A stretch of DNA of 50,110 nt from the NCBI GenBank assembly GCA_001872315.1, contig MNVZ01000007.1:1-50110 (forward strand). Direction: 5' to 3'. The stretch's first letter is position 1; each line of letters opens with the position of its first letter. This DNA comes from Candidatus Pacearchaeota archaeon CG1_02_39_14 (GTDB lineage Archaea > Nanobdellota > Nanobdellia > Pacearchaeales > GW2011-AR1). The position numbers and the translations under genes were made by a program. Positions 27,495-35,690 of the stretch are shown here, one piece after another. Below the pieces are notes generated by a model, which saw nothing but the letters and a program-made list of their open reading frames with translations, was not told the DNA's origin and ran no database searches.

Positions 27495-29930
27495 TTATTC
27501 TGTTACCAAGCTTGCTTCTGTCGCACTGGTTCCTACATACTTCTTGCCGATGTCGGTCATAACCTCTTCGGTAGTCAAGAATGTAGCGGCATTTGTTGTG
27601 TCTCCAGCTTCATAACCTGCAACAAGAGTTGCAATCTTTCCTGTTGACCATGGGTTACTGAAGGTCTGAATAAGGAAGCTTCCTGCTCCTACACCAGTAG
27701 TACTTTCCCAGGAAGGTCCACACATGGCGGAATCTCCTCCTAACAAAGTAGATGCTACAGTGTTAACACAACTACCCCCAACAACAATAAGGTTCTTGCT
27801 TGACACGGAAGTAACTTGCGCGTCAGTTACAAGAATCTGGCCTAAATCTGCGCCTCCACTTCCAACACTTGCGTCTTCGGCTACGAAGTAGACCAAAGCT
27901 TCCAAGAAATTGTCAGGGAAAGTTGCAGTTATCTTTGAAGGAGCGCTTGATGTATCAAGGTCCTCTACAATAGCACCGTATTTGGTTCTTGTAGTAGATA
28001 GGTCAGTATTGTCGTTATCAGTTACAAATGTTCCAGAGCTTCTTCTGCTACTTGATGATATCTCGTTGTCACTGTTATTTTGCAGGTCCATCGAGAATAT
28101 CAGCTGTGCTGTGGTAAGTGGGTTCTCATCGTCGTCTCTGTCTGTATCATCAGCCATAAGACTTACCTGCCACTTATCACCTAATCCATCTCCCGGTAGT
28201 TCAGATGTGTTTATATCTGTAATGTTCAGCAATCCGTTATACTGAGTTCTCATAAGAACTGTAACGGTTTCATGAGCACTTCCAGAGTAAACAACACCAT
28301 TTGCAGCACCGCTTAAAGCGAGGTCGAAGTCGTTAGATGTATCATCAGACTTATTCACAAAAGTGAATGTAGTTCCTCCCAGTTTAAGGGTGAACTGTTC
28401 TGCTGTAGCATCATAACTTCTTGCAATAGTGCCTTCTGAATCTCCAAGGACATCTAGGTTTACCTTAGGATCACTGTCTGATGATTTATCAGCTCCCTTA
28501 TACTGAACAACAAATGTTCTTGCGTCGTTTGCCGCAGCTGAAGAATCAGCAGTATTAAGGATGAAGTAGTCATCATCTGTGATTGTTCCGTTTGGTTCCA
28601 ATACAAGTCTGTCAGAAGCCTTGTCTCCGCTATAAATACCGGTGGCATTCGCGAATACTAAAGGCATGTCAATGTCATGTCCATCAACATTCATGAATTT
28701 CAGCTTGTACTTTGTGTCTCCACTGCTTGGCTCAAGAACGATTTCCTCAGTCATATGTTCCGCAAATCCATGGAACTCAACATCCCATCCCTGCGTGAAC
28801 AATACTTCTGGTTCGTCGAGGTTGTAAGCATCGCTTAGCTTACCTCCAACAGGAACAAACAAATCATCCTCCGCGGTCATGTTTATCTGGATATCATCTA
28901 TCAAGATGTCACCTCCGCTTGTAGTGTTTGTAATGGTTACAATAGCATCACTGATTGTTTCAGTGTTTACTTTCATTGTAGTGCCATCTTCAAGCTCAAG
29001 CTTGTCAGCTCCCAAGAAGACAGTTGCATACTGAACACCTCCCTGGTAATCTTGGTAAGTGATATCGCTAACACCTACATTGATTCCAGCAATGATTGTG
29101 GTATCTCCATCATTCAATGTGTTAGAGGTTTCTCCGTTAACAGTAAGCTTAGTCTGGGTAGTACCTGTTGTAACACCTTCCACAGTGTACTGCGTTCCGT
29201 CAATTGTTACAGTATAAACTTCTCCATTGTACACATCAAGCCTCTCAACTCCGCTCATCATTGTAAGCTTAACACCATTCGAAGTGCTTTCAGCCTTCGT
29301 TATAGTATATGTCTTACCAAGCATTGTCAAGTCCTTGTCTTCAACATCTTCCAATCTTCCTGTAGAATCAAGATCAGAATCAAGAGTTGTTGTAAAGTCA
29401 AGTTCGTAGACTCCAATGTGAACTCCACTTGAGAACTTAAGGAAATCTCCAATTACGTCTTCATCATCTTCATCATAGACAACAGATGCGTTAACACCTG
29501 CAGTTGTTGATTTATCATCAAAGAAGTTGAAGAATTCTTCGTAGTTAGCAGTCCCCTTCTCGTTTGTTACAGAACCTCCACCCAAAAGGGCCCAATCATC
29601 ATCATCGATGAAAGTTTCAATTCTGAACAAAGGCTCTCCAATTTCAAGCTCGTCAGTTCCTGTGCTTACTTGCCATACATCACCACTAACTATCACATTC
29701 CCGCTTCCGCTGGACTGTGCAGCAAGTGCGTCTGACAAGTCAGACTGGATGTTTGCAGCAGCAACCAAATCGCTATTTAAGGCAGAACTACCCCAAACTA
29801 TTCCTACATCAGCAGCACCGTTCTGTACAAATGGTGCAGGATAATTTGCAGCAGCAGCCAAGGCTATTGTCGAACCTATAAGTGCGGTCGAAGCAGCAGC
29901 CGAAGCAATTTTTCTGAAGTTAAATTTCAT
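27495..29930 (-). CDS. Major S-layer protein (Methanococcales/Thermococcales-type N- and C-terminal domains)
   Basis: MKFNFRKIAS signal, YPAPFV, D..AA..I, C-terminal NLIVVGGSCVN and LVAG....T..AA; Asp/Thr-rich; strong GGAGGT SD. Confidence 0.9.
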   Translation of the reverse strand: MKFNFRKIASAAASTALIGSTIALAAAANYPAPFVQNGAADVGIVWGSSALNSDLVAAANIQSDLSDALAAQSSGSGNVIVSGDVWQVSTGTDELEIGEPLFRIETFIDDDDWALLGGGSVTNEKGTANYEEFFNFFDDKSTTAGVNASVVYDEDDEDVIGDFLKFSSGVHIGVYELDFTTTLDSDLDSTGRLEDVEDKDLTMLGKTYTITKAESTSNGVKLTMMSGVERLDVYNGEVYTVTIDGTQYTVEGVTTGTTQTKLTVNGETSNTLNDGDTTIIAGINVGVSDITYQDYQGGVQYATVFLGADKLELEDGTTMKVNTETISDAIVTITNTTSGGDILIDDIQINMTAEDDLFVPVGGKLSDAYNLDEPEVLFTQGWDVEFHGFAEHMTEEIVLEPSSGDTKYKLKFMNVDGHDIDMPLVFANATGIYSGDKASDRLVLEPNGTITDDDYFILNTADSSAAANDARTFVVQYKGADKSSDSDPKVNLDVLGDSEGTIARSYDATAEQFTLKLGGTTFTFVNKSDDTSNDFDLALSGAANGVVYSGSAHETVTVLMRTQYNGLLNITDINTSELPGDGLGDKWQVSLMADDTDRDDDENPLTTAQLIFSMDLQNNSDNEISSSSRRSSGTFVTDNDNTDLSTTRTKYGAIVEDLDTSSAPSKITATFPDNFLEALVYFVAEDASVGSGGADLGQILVTDAQVTSVSSKNLIVVGGSCVNTVASTLLGGDSAMCGPSWESTTGVGAGSFLIQTFSNPWSTGKIATLVAGYEAGDTTNAATFLTTEEVMTDIGKKYVGTSATEASLVTE

Positions 29931-30105
29931 ACTTTTTTACTAACCTCCTTTCATCTCTCTTGTATCGGTAGCTCTTTCGAGCTCCTCTTAGAGGAAGCTG
30001 TTTTTTAAGACAGCCCACCGGCCCTCTCGACAGTCATCAATTAAGTTATCATAAGGGCTTACACTCTCGTCGGAGTTATTTTACTAATCCAATTTTGCTT
30101 TAAAA
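29931..30105 (-). promoter_or_regulatory. Long structured 5' leader and promoter of the S-layer gene
   Basis: Three adjacent hairpins closed by CGGTG/TACCG (29966-30020); TTTAAA near 30100. Confidence 0.6.
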
Positions 30106-30244
30106 AGCTTTTCATAGAGTCAATTCTTGATTGCTCTAATCTATTCATTAGATATTACTACCTTTATAAACCTTATGTTACTACCTATTAATACTTCAGG
30201 AATATTCTGATGTCCAGATTCGTCTTGTTTTATCATACCAGTTA

Positions 30245-30335
30245 AATAGGGGTTCTACTCTAACATATAAGTTAAATAAAAACATATATATAGGTTAGAT
30301 ATTTTACTATTATGTGTTCAGATAAAACCCCTATT
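30245..30335. repeat. Nested inverted repeats upstream of the HTH gene
   Basis: AATAGGGGTT 30245-54 / AACCCCTATT 30326-35 (perfect); TCTAACATATA 30259-69 / TATAGGTTAGA 30289-99 (10 of 11). Confidence 0.6.
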
Positions 30336-30340
30336 GTAAA

Positions 30341-30700
30341 ATGGCGCAAAAAACAAAGACAAGGCAGATAACTATCGTCGATAAAGGGGGAACTTTCAAT
30401 ACACTCCTTAGAAGGTTCTCAGGCTCAAAGGAAGATTATGATTTTGAGGGCATTTCGGCACTAAGAAGGTTGCTTTCAAATGAAAAGGCAAGAATTCTCC
30501 ACACAATAAAAACAAATCAGCCAAATTCTGTTTATGATCTTGCTAAAATCCTGAAAAGAGATTTCAAGGCAGTGAGGGGAGACCTTGAATTGTTGTCAAG
30601 ATTTGGGTTTGTTGATTTAATTTCAGAGAAAAAAGGAAAGAGGGAAAGACTAAAACCAGTCCTCGCAGTTGATTCAATAAATATAGAGATTCAAGTCTAA
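30341..30700 (+). CDS. Winged-HTH transcriptional regulator
   Basis: LLS.EK.RIL..I....P.SVYDLAK.L.RDFK.V..DL..L...GFV. Confidence 0.85.
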   Translation: MAQKTKTRQITIVDKGGTFNTLLRRFSGSKEDYDFEGISALRRLLSNEKARILHTIKTNQPNSVYDLAKILKRDFKAVRGDLELLSRFGFVDLISEKKGKRERLKPVLAVDSINIEIQV

Positions 30701-31197
30701 TAGCAGAGTCTTAAGGTGTTTATTATCTTTCCCGGAAATGATGGGATTAGGTAACTTGCTCCTGAAATCCTGTTTCCACATTCCCCTTTCTTTATGACTA
30801 AAATCTCTTCCCTTTCAGCATCTTCTGAATCTCTGGAATATAGTGATTCAAACACATATCCCTTTATGCTTGAATTCTCCCCTGTCTTCCATGCGGTTTC
30901 CAAAACATCGTTCATCTGTTTTTCCAGCACTTCACAGCTATCCATGTCATTTATGCATATCTCTCCAGAATAACACCTCTCAAAGAGGCTTCCTAAGTCT
31001 GAATATTCATCGCTTCTTATCTGGCACTCCGTTGTAATCTCTCCTGCGCTTTCAAGAAACTGATAGACATCCTTGCTTTCCCGGTTGCTTTCATCAGGAT
31101 TCCTTATCATTATTCCAAGGAAGACCATCAGAATCACAACCACAATCACCATTATAAGAGCAAATCCTACTATCTCTTCCTGGCCTCTCTTCATCAT
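30697..31197 (-). CDS. Pilin-like protein with class III signal peptide
   Basis: MMKRG|QEEIVGFALIMVIVVVILMVFLG; Cys pairs. Confidence 0.75.
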   Translation of the reverse strand: MMKRGQEEIVGFALIMVIVVVILMVFLGIMIRNPDESNRESKDVYQFLESAGEITTECQIRSDEYSDLGSLFERCYSGEICINDMDSCEVLEKQMNDVLETAWKTGENSSIKGYVFESLYSRDSEDAEREEILVIKKGECGNRISGASYLIPSFPGKIINTLRLCY

Positions 31198-31694
31198 TCT
31201 GCGCTCCTAAACCCAAGGTGGATTTTACCAAGCTCACATTTAATCCCTTCATCATACCTGCATAGAGCAACAAAAGAGGTCCGGGCAATGAATCCTTCTT
31301 CCTTTATCAGAGTTATTGTGCTGCAGTCAGGGTAGTTCTGCCTTGTACACTCTCCTTTTTCAGGCACAGGATAAATTCTTTCTATCTGAAGGAAAGGAAC
31401 ATCCCAGAAATCTTCATAATTCTCACTTTCTTTAAGGATAAGTGTCTTGTCCATGTCAACACAGGCAGAGCAATCCTTCCAGCTTAATTCAGGCCATGAG
31501 CTTGCCATCCTCACAAGTTCCTTTGCTTCTTCATCTCTGATTGTTTCCACATCCTGCCTTAAGCTCCCAGACCTTATTGTAATATAAAATAAAGCCACTA
31601 TGGCAAAAAATATCATTATTGCTACTAACACAAAGGCCATCTGCTGTATCTTTACCTGTCCCTTTTTAAAATAGTTCGCACGAAAGTCTTTCAT
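31194..31694 (-). CDS. Pilin-like protein with class III signal peptide
   Basis: FKKG|QVKIQQMAFVLVAIMIFFAIVALFY; start uncertain. Confidence 0.75.
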   Translation of the reverse strand: MKDFRANYFKKGQVKIQQMAFVLVAIMIFFAIVALFYITIRSGSLRQDVETIRDEEAKELVRMASSWPELSWKDCSACVDMDKTLILKESENYEDFWDVPFLQIERIYPVPEKGECTRQNYPDCSTITLIKEEGFIARTSFVALCRYDEGIKCELGKIHLGFRSAE

Positions 31695-32580
31695 TTTTGT
31701 CCTCAATTTCCTCTGAATTTGATTTTACAACCCTCAAGTCTCCGGAATTTTCAAATTCTCCTAAAAGAGAGGAATATCTTCCCAAATCCCCCGCAAGATT
31801 GCTTGAACATCCTTTTCCGGCAAGGAATTCTGATTTCTTTGCATAAATCTCTGCTAATTCGGAAGTTCTTTTTATAAGTCTCCTGACCTGACATTCATAG
31901 ACTTCAGCATCACTAAATATTGCTGCATAAACAAGCCCCTCTTCATAGTAAAGCCCGTCAACATCAGTCTGGCTTACTTTTTTGTCACAATCTCTGTCAA
32001 ATGAAGAGAAACAGACTTTAATGCTTTCAGGCTTGCATTTTTCCAGGCTTTCGCTGATATTGATGCCAGGGAGCCTCAAATCCATGACTTCTTCTTCAAT
32101 CTCATCTCCCGGATTAATGAAACAGTACTCTCCAGAGTAAATTGTGATGATATCAGCTACATCATAGGGCATTTCAAAAGACTTAACAAAAACGTAAGCC
32201 TCTTCCCCCTGCAGAACACTCTTTGAAAAAACATACTTGTCCTTGCTTTCTATCTCCCCTCCCGGAGGCAACCACTCCTTTCCTATCCCGCTTCTTACTG
32301 AAGTGCTTATTAACTGGCTGCCAAATATTCCGATGCTTGAGCATCTATTATAAATTCTTGTTTCATCCGGAAATCCTATTCTGACAAATTTAGAATCCTC
32401 GAGATTAGTTCCAACAGGGCTTAATATTGACTCAAGCTGGGCCGCAATTTTAGTGTCCGTTTCATACCTGCCGCTCCCAATCAGGCTTGTTGTAGCATAA
32501 ATTGCCAGAAAAATTACAACAGCACCAACAAGTATGGCAAAAAGCCAGGCAAAACTAAATTCAAATCCTTTTCTGTTCAT
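31666..32580 (-). CDS. Pilin-like protein with class III signal peptide
   Basis: MNRKG|FEFSFAWLFAILVGAVVIFLAIY. Confidence 0.75.
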   Translation of the reverse strand: MNRKGFEFSFAWLFAILVGAVVIFLAIYATTSLIGSGRYETDTKIAAQLESILSPVGTNLEDSKFVRIGFPDETRIYNRCSSIGIFGSQLISTSVRSGIGKEWLPPGGEIESKDKYVFSKSVLQGEEAYVFVKSFEMPYDVADIITIYSGEYCFINPGDEIEEEVMDLRLPGINISESLEKCKPESIKVCFSSFDRDCDKKVSQTDVDGLYYEEGLVYAAIFSDAEVYECQVRRLIKRTSELAEIYAKKSEFLAGKGCSSNLAGDLGRYSSLLGEFENSGDLRVVKSNSEEIEDKNERLSCELF

Positions 32581-33086
32581 CTTCTAGCTTCCGTGCTTGG
32601 AATCTTTATTTTAACAAGAGAATCAAGGCTGTTTTTTTCCAATCCTATCCTGACTTCTCCGTTTTCTGCCTGGAAGCATACAAATCCTGATGAAGTATCT
32701 ATATGTTCAATATTTACATACGGTTGGTCGCATGCCTCTTCAGCAGGATAAAAAAGCATATTTCCCCTGGCAATATATCTTTTCAGCTCTCTGAATTCAT
32801 CCGCATATTCAGCTGATGTTGCTGTAGGGCTTGAGAAGCATACAGACTCAATTCCATTAGGGACTCTTCCTGTATAAACATCACTCACGATTTCAGAAGT
32901 CCAGGCCCTGTCAACGCTGTCCTGAAAACTATCCTTAAAAAGGCCGATATCTGCACATTTTCCTATTCCCATAAAAGCTACTATCACATAAATGCTGGCT
33001 CCGATTATAGCGATGACAATAATTATAGAAAAAATAACTCCCACACTTAGAAACTCTGTCTGTCCTCTTCTCCCCTCTCTAATCAT
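32577..33086 (-). CDS. Pilin-like protein with class III signal peptide
   Basis: GRRG|QTEFLSVGVIFSIIIVIAII; ATG 33086. Confidence 0.75.
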   Translation of the reverse strand: MIREGRRGQTEFLSVGVIFSIIIVIAIIGASIYVIVAFMGIGKCADIGLFKDSFQDSVDRAWTSEIVSDVYTGRVPNGIESVCFSSPTATSAEYADEFRELKRYIARGNMLFYPAEEACDQPYVNIEHIDTSSGFVCFQAENGEVRIGLEKNSLDSLVKIKIPSTEARR

Positions 33087-33120
33087 CAATGAAACTGGGA
33101 AATTTTATAATTAAATGTTT

Positions 33121-34617
33121 CTATTTGTTCTTTTGATTCTTTCCATTAATCTTGTAAGTATATCCTTCCTTATATCCCTCAAAACCTGCCCAGTTGACTC
33201 CTGGTCCGCAGTCTCCGAGAGCGCTGCATATCTCTCCCTGCCTCTCAATCCACGCATCAGTCAGGCATTCACAATTTTCTGTGCATTCCTCTCCTCCAAA
33301 CAATCCTTTTTCAATACTTACTACACACTGAACATTCGCCTGGCTGCATATTGCCTGAGCTTCTTCAGAATTCCAAAAACTTAATCCTGGGGAGGTTTCA
33401 GGAAGGCAAACTCCTTTCTTCCCGTTCCCAAGAACGCCATTTGGCTCCCAGAAGCAAGTTCTTCTGTCAGTATTGAGGCAATCTTCTTCAGTTTTCTGTG
33501 CGGTGCAATCCTGCCATCTGTTGACTCTGCATGCCGCTTGTGAGAAAGGACCATTTGCAGTTTCTATTGAATCTTCAATGCAAACCTCAGCTCTAAAATC
33601 CTCGCATGCTTCAGGAACAACCTCTCCGTTGATGCAGACATATCTAAAGTCCCTGCTCCCTACCCTGTCTTCTCCAGGCCCTTCCTTTTCGTCACCGATA
33701 CACCAACTTTCCCCATGCAGTCTTTCCTGTCCTTCAAACTCGCAGTTCAAATCAGCACAAATATAATCCCCATAAGTCGGGCTTGCTCCAGCATCATTTT
33801 CATGCCTTGCAAAACTTCCAAGAAGATAGTCACAATTCCCACAAGTCCTTGATTCTGCATTGCTTCGCCCATAACCGCAGCTTTCATCTTTTCTCTTTAA
33901 GTTTGTCCAGTATTCCTGATCCTCCACTTTTGAGGCATCATAAATATTAGCAGAATTTCCACAGCTGTCCTTCCAGTAAACCTCATCTTTCCCGGGGATA
34001 GTCATAGTGTCCCTTGTGGGACCGCATATTGTCCCTAATTCCTCCGCAGAGCACAGCTTACCTATATAGAACTCGCTTCCATCAACACTTTCGCAGTCAG
34101 ATTTTGTCGTAAACTTGCATGTTCTTTCAAACTCGCTCTTAAATACGCACGCTCCCTTGTCCTGATTCTGGACAGAAGCAATGCATGCGACTTCTGATTT
34201 TATGCTTTGGTCATAATTTGTCTGCAGTCCAAGAAAAGAAGAAAGCTTCTTGCATCTCACTAATGTAACAAAAGCTGCCTGGTCTCCAAGGGTGCAGCAT
34301 CCAAGTCCGCACTGTGGAGGGCTCTCCTCACTCCATATTCCCCCATTCTGGTTGCAAACTAATTGAGGAGTGTTATCAGAACAGGTTCCTTCAGTAGAAT
34401 CATAACAAGTCCCTTCTCTGCAGAAGCTTGTGGCTTCACAGCTTGTTGGAACCTGCCGGCTTCCTTCTGCGCATTCTTCAGAAGGCACATTTTGGCAGTA
34501 CGCCCCGGCATTTGTCTGCTCACAGCAGACTGTATTGCTCTGTGCAGATGTATAATTAGCAAGGGAAAGAACTGCAAGGGAGGCTAACACAATGATAAAA
34601 ATAAGTCTTTTGCTCAT
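33121..34617 (-). CDS. Secreted Cys-rich protein, paralog of the N-terminal half of 35691-39311
   Basis: Signal peptide; dense Cys; GTCYD, GCC, DSCGN, CGNCDYLLGS, GESWC, LGDCG. Confidence 0.88.
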   Translation of the reverse strand: MSKRLIFIIVLASLAVLSLANYTSAQSNTVCCEQTNAGAYCQNVPSEECAEGSRQVPTSCEATSFCREGTCYDSTEGTCSDNTPQLVCNQNGGIWSEESPPQCGLGCCTLGDQAAFVTLVRCKKLSSFLGLQTNYDQSIKSEVACIASVQNQDKGACVFKSEFERTCKFTTKSDCESVDGSEFYIGKLCSAEELGTICGPTRDTMTIPGKDEVYWKDSCGNSANIYDASKVEDQEYWTNLKRKDESCGYGRSNAESRTCGNCDYLLGSFARHENDAGASPTYGDYICADLNCEFEGQERLHGESWCIGDEKEGPGEDRVGSRDFRYVCINGEVVPEACEDFRAEVCIEDSIETANGPFSQAACRVNRWQDCTAQKTEEDCLNTDRRTCFWEPNGVLGNGKKGVCLPETSPGLSFWNSEEAQAICSQANVQCVVSIEKGLFGGEECTENCECLTDAWIERQGEICSALGDCGPGVNWAGFEGYKEGYTYKINGKNQKNK

Positions 34618-34895
34618 CTTTCAGCTCCTGAATAACTTTCATTTTTGGTGTAAGCTTCCCTTAATTCATTTAATCCATTTTCCAATTCTTTAACATCATC
34701 TGGAGCCATAAGTCCGGTAGCTCTAAGCCTTCTGAAATCGGAGATTGCTGCTCCAATACTAACTGCTAAATGGTCAAGATAGTCCTGAGGTGCTCCCATT
34801 CTTCTATTTCTTTTGCTAAATGCGTTTGTATGCCCATAGATTCTTCTCTTCAAATTCTCAACCTCTTCACTAAATCCTTTTACATGCGCTATCAT
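34614..34895 (-). CDS. Orphan 93-aa helical protein inside the pilin/Cys-rich cluster
   Basis: ATGA overlaps at both ends; no signal peptide and no Cys. Confidence 0.6.
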   Translation of the reverse strand: MIAHVKGFSEEVENLKRRIYGHTNAFSKRNRRMGAPQDYLDHLAVSIGAAISDFRRLRATGLMAPDDVKELENGLNELREAYTKNESYSGAER

Positions 34896-35653
34896 ATTTC
34901 TTCTACTCCATAACCCTGCGGCCAGACAAGGCTTCTTGTCGCAAACTGGAACTCATCCTTTGAAACCACATTGCTTAATGTATACAATGTATTTCCATCC
35001 CTTTTTATCTTTTCTATTTTTAAATCTGGATAATACTGTATATATATTAGCGTTTCTGTATCGCCAAGAGTTGACTCAAAATCAACTATGCTTGAAGCTG
35101 TCAGAAGAAGGTCATACATTTCTGTATCAATTGAGCTTGAAAACTTCCTGAAAGTCTGGACGTTCTCCTTGCTGATAGTCATTGGTGAAAGGAATTCAAG
35201 ATTAAGTTTCCCCGGAATAAATGTGACATTCAAATTCCCTACATCTGCCTGAACATCATATCCTTTTGTCTCATAAAGCTTCTTCAGGTCATTCACGCAT
35301 TGTCTTGCTCTTGGCTCTATCTGCTTCTTCAATTCCATCTCAAAATTTCTCTTTATCAGGGGCTGTTGGACAACGCAAGGCTCATAAAATTCAGAAGTAT
35401 AGCAAAAATATGTAAATTTTTCTCCTTGGTAACTAACATAACTTTCAGGCTCGAGATATCCTCCGTTCATTGCCAACTGCTCCATTGTCTCCCTTGCATC
35501 ATCTTCTATGCAGTTTGCTAGGTATGAGTTCGGCTCAACATCCGTGATATAAACCTGCAGTCTTGGAGCAAGAAAGATAACCGCAACAACTCCAACTATT
35601 ATGACAGCAACAATGACAAAAAGCGTAACCTGTCCCCTTTTTCCGGTATCCAT
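34892..35653 (-). CDS. Pilin-like protein with class III signal peptide (paralog of 39311-40069)
   Basis: KRG|QVTLFVIVAVIIVG; GGYLEP, FYEPC..Q.P. Confidence 0.8.
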   Translation of the reverse strand: MDTGKRGQVTLFVIVAVIIVGVVAVIFLAPRLQVYITDVEPNSYLANCIEDDARETMEQLAMNGGYLEPESYVSYQGEKFTYFCYTSEFYEPCVVQQPLIKRNFEMELKKQIEPRARQCVNDLKKLYETKGYDVQADVGNLNVTFIPGKLNLEFLSPMTISKENVQTFRKFSSSIDTEMYDLLLTASSIVDFESTLGDTETLIYIQYYPDLKIEKIKRDGNTLYTLSNVVSKDEFQFATRSLVWPQGYGVEEI

Positions 35654-35690
35654 GCATTATCAAGCCCGATTTTCTTTATAATCCTTGCGA

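Noticed and set aside
29966-30020. Cloverleaf as a tRNA or tRNA fragment
   Set aside because: Too short, with no T-loop or D-loop consensus and no 7-nt anticodon loop.
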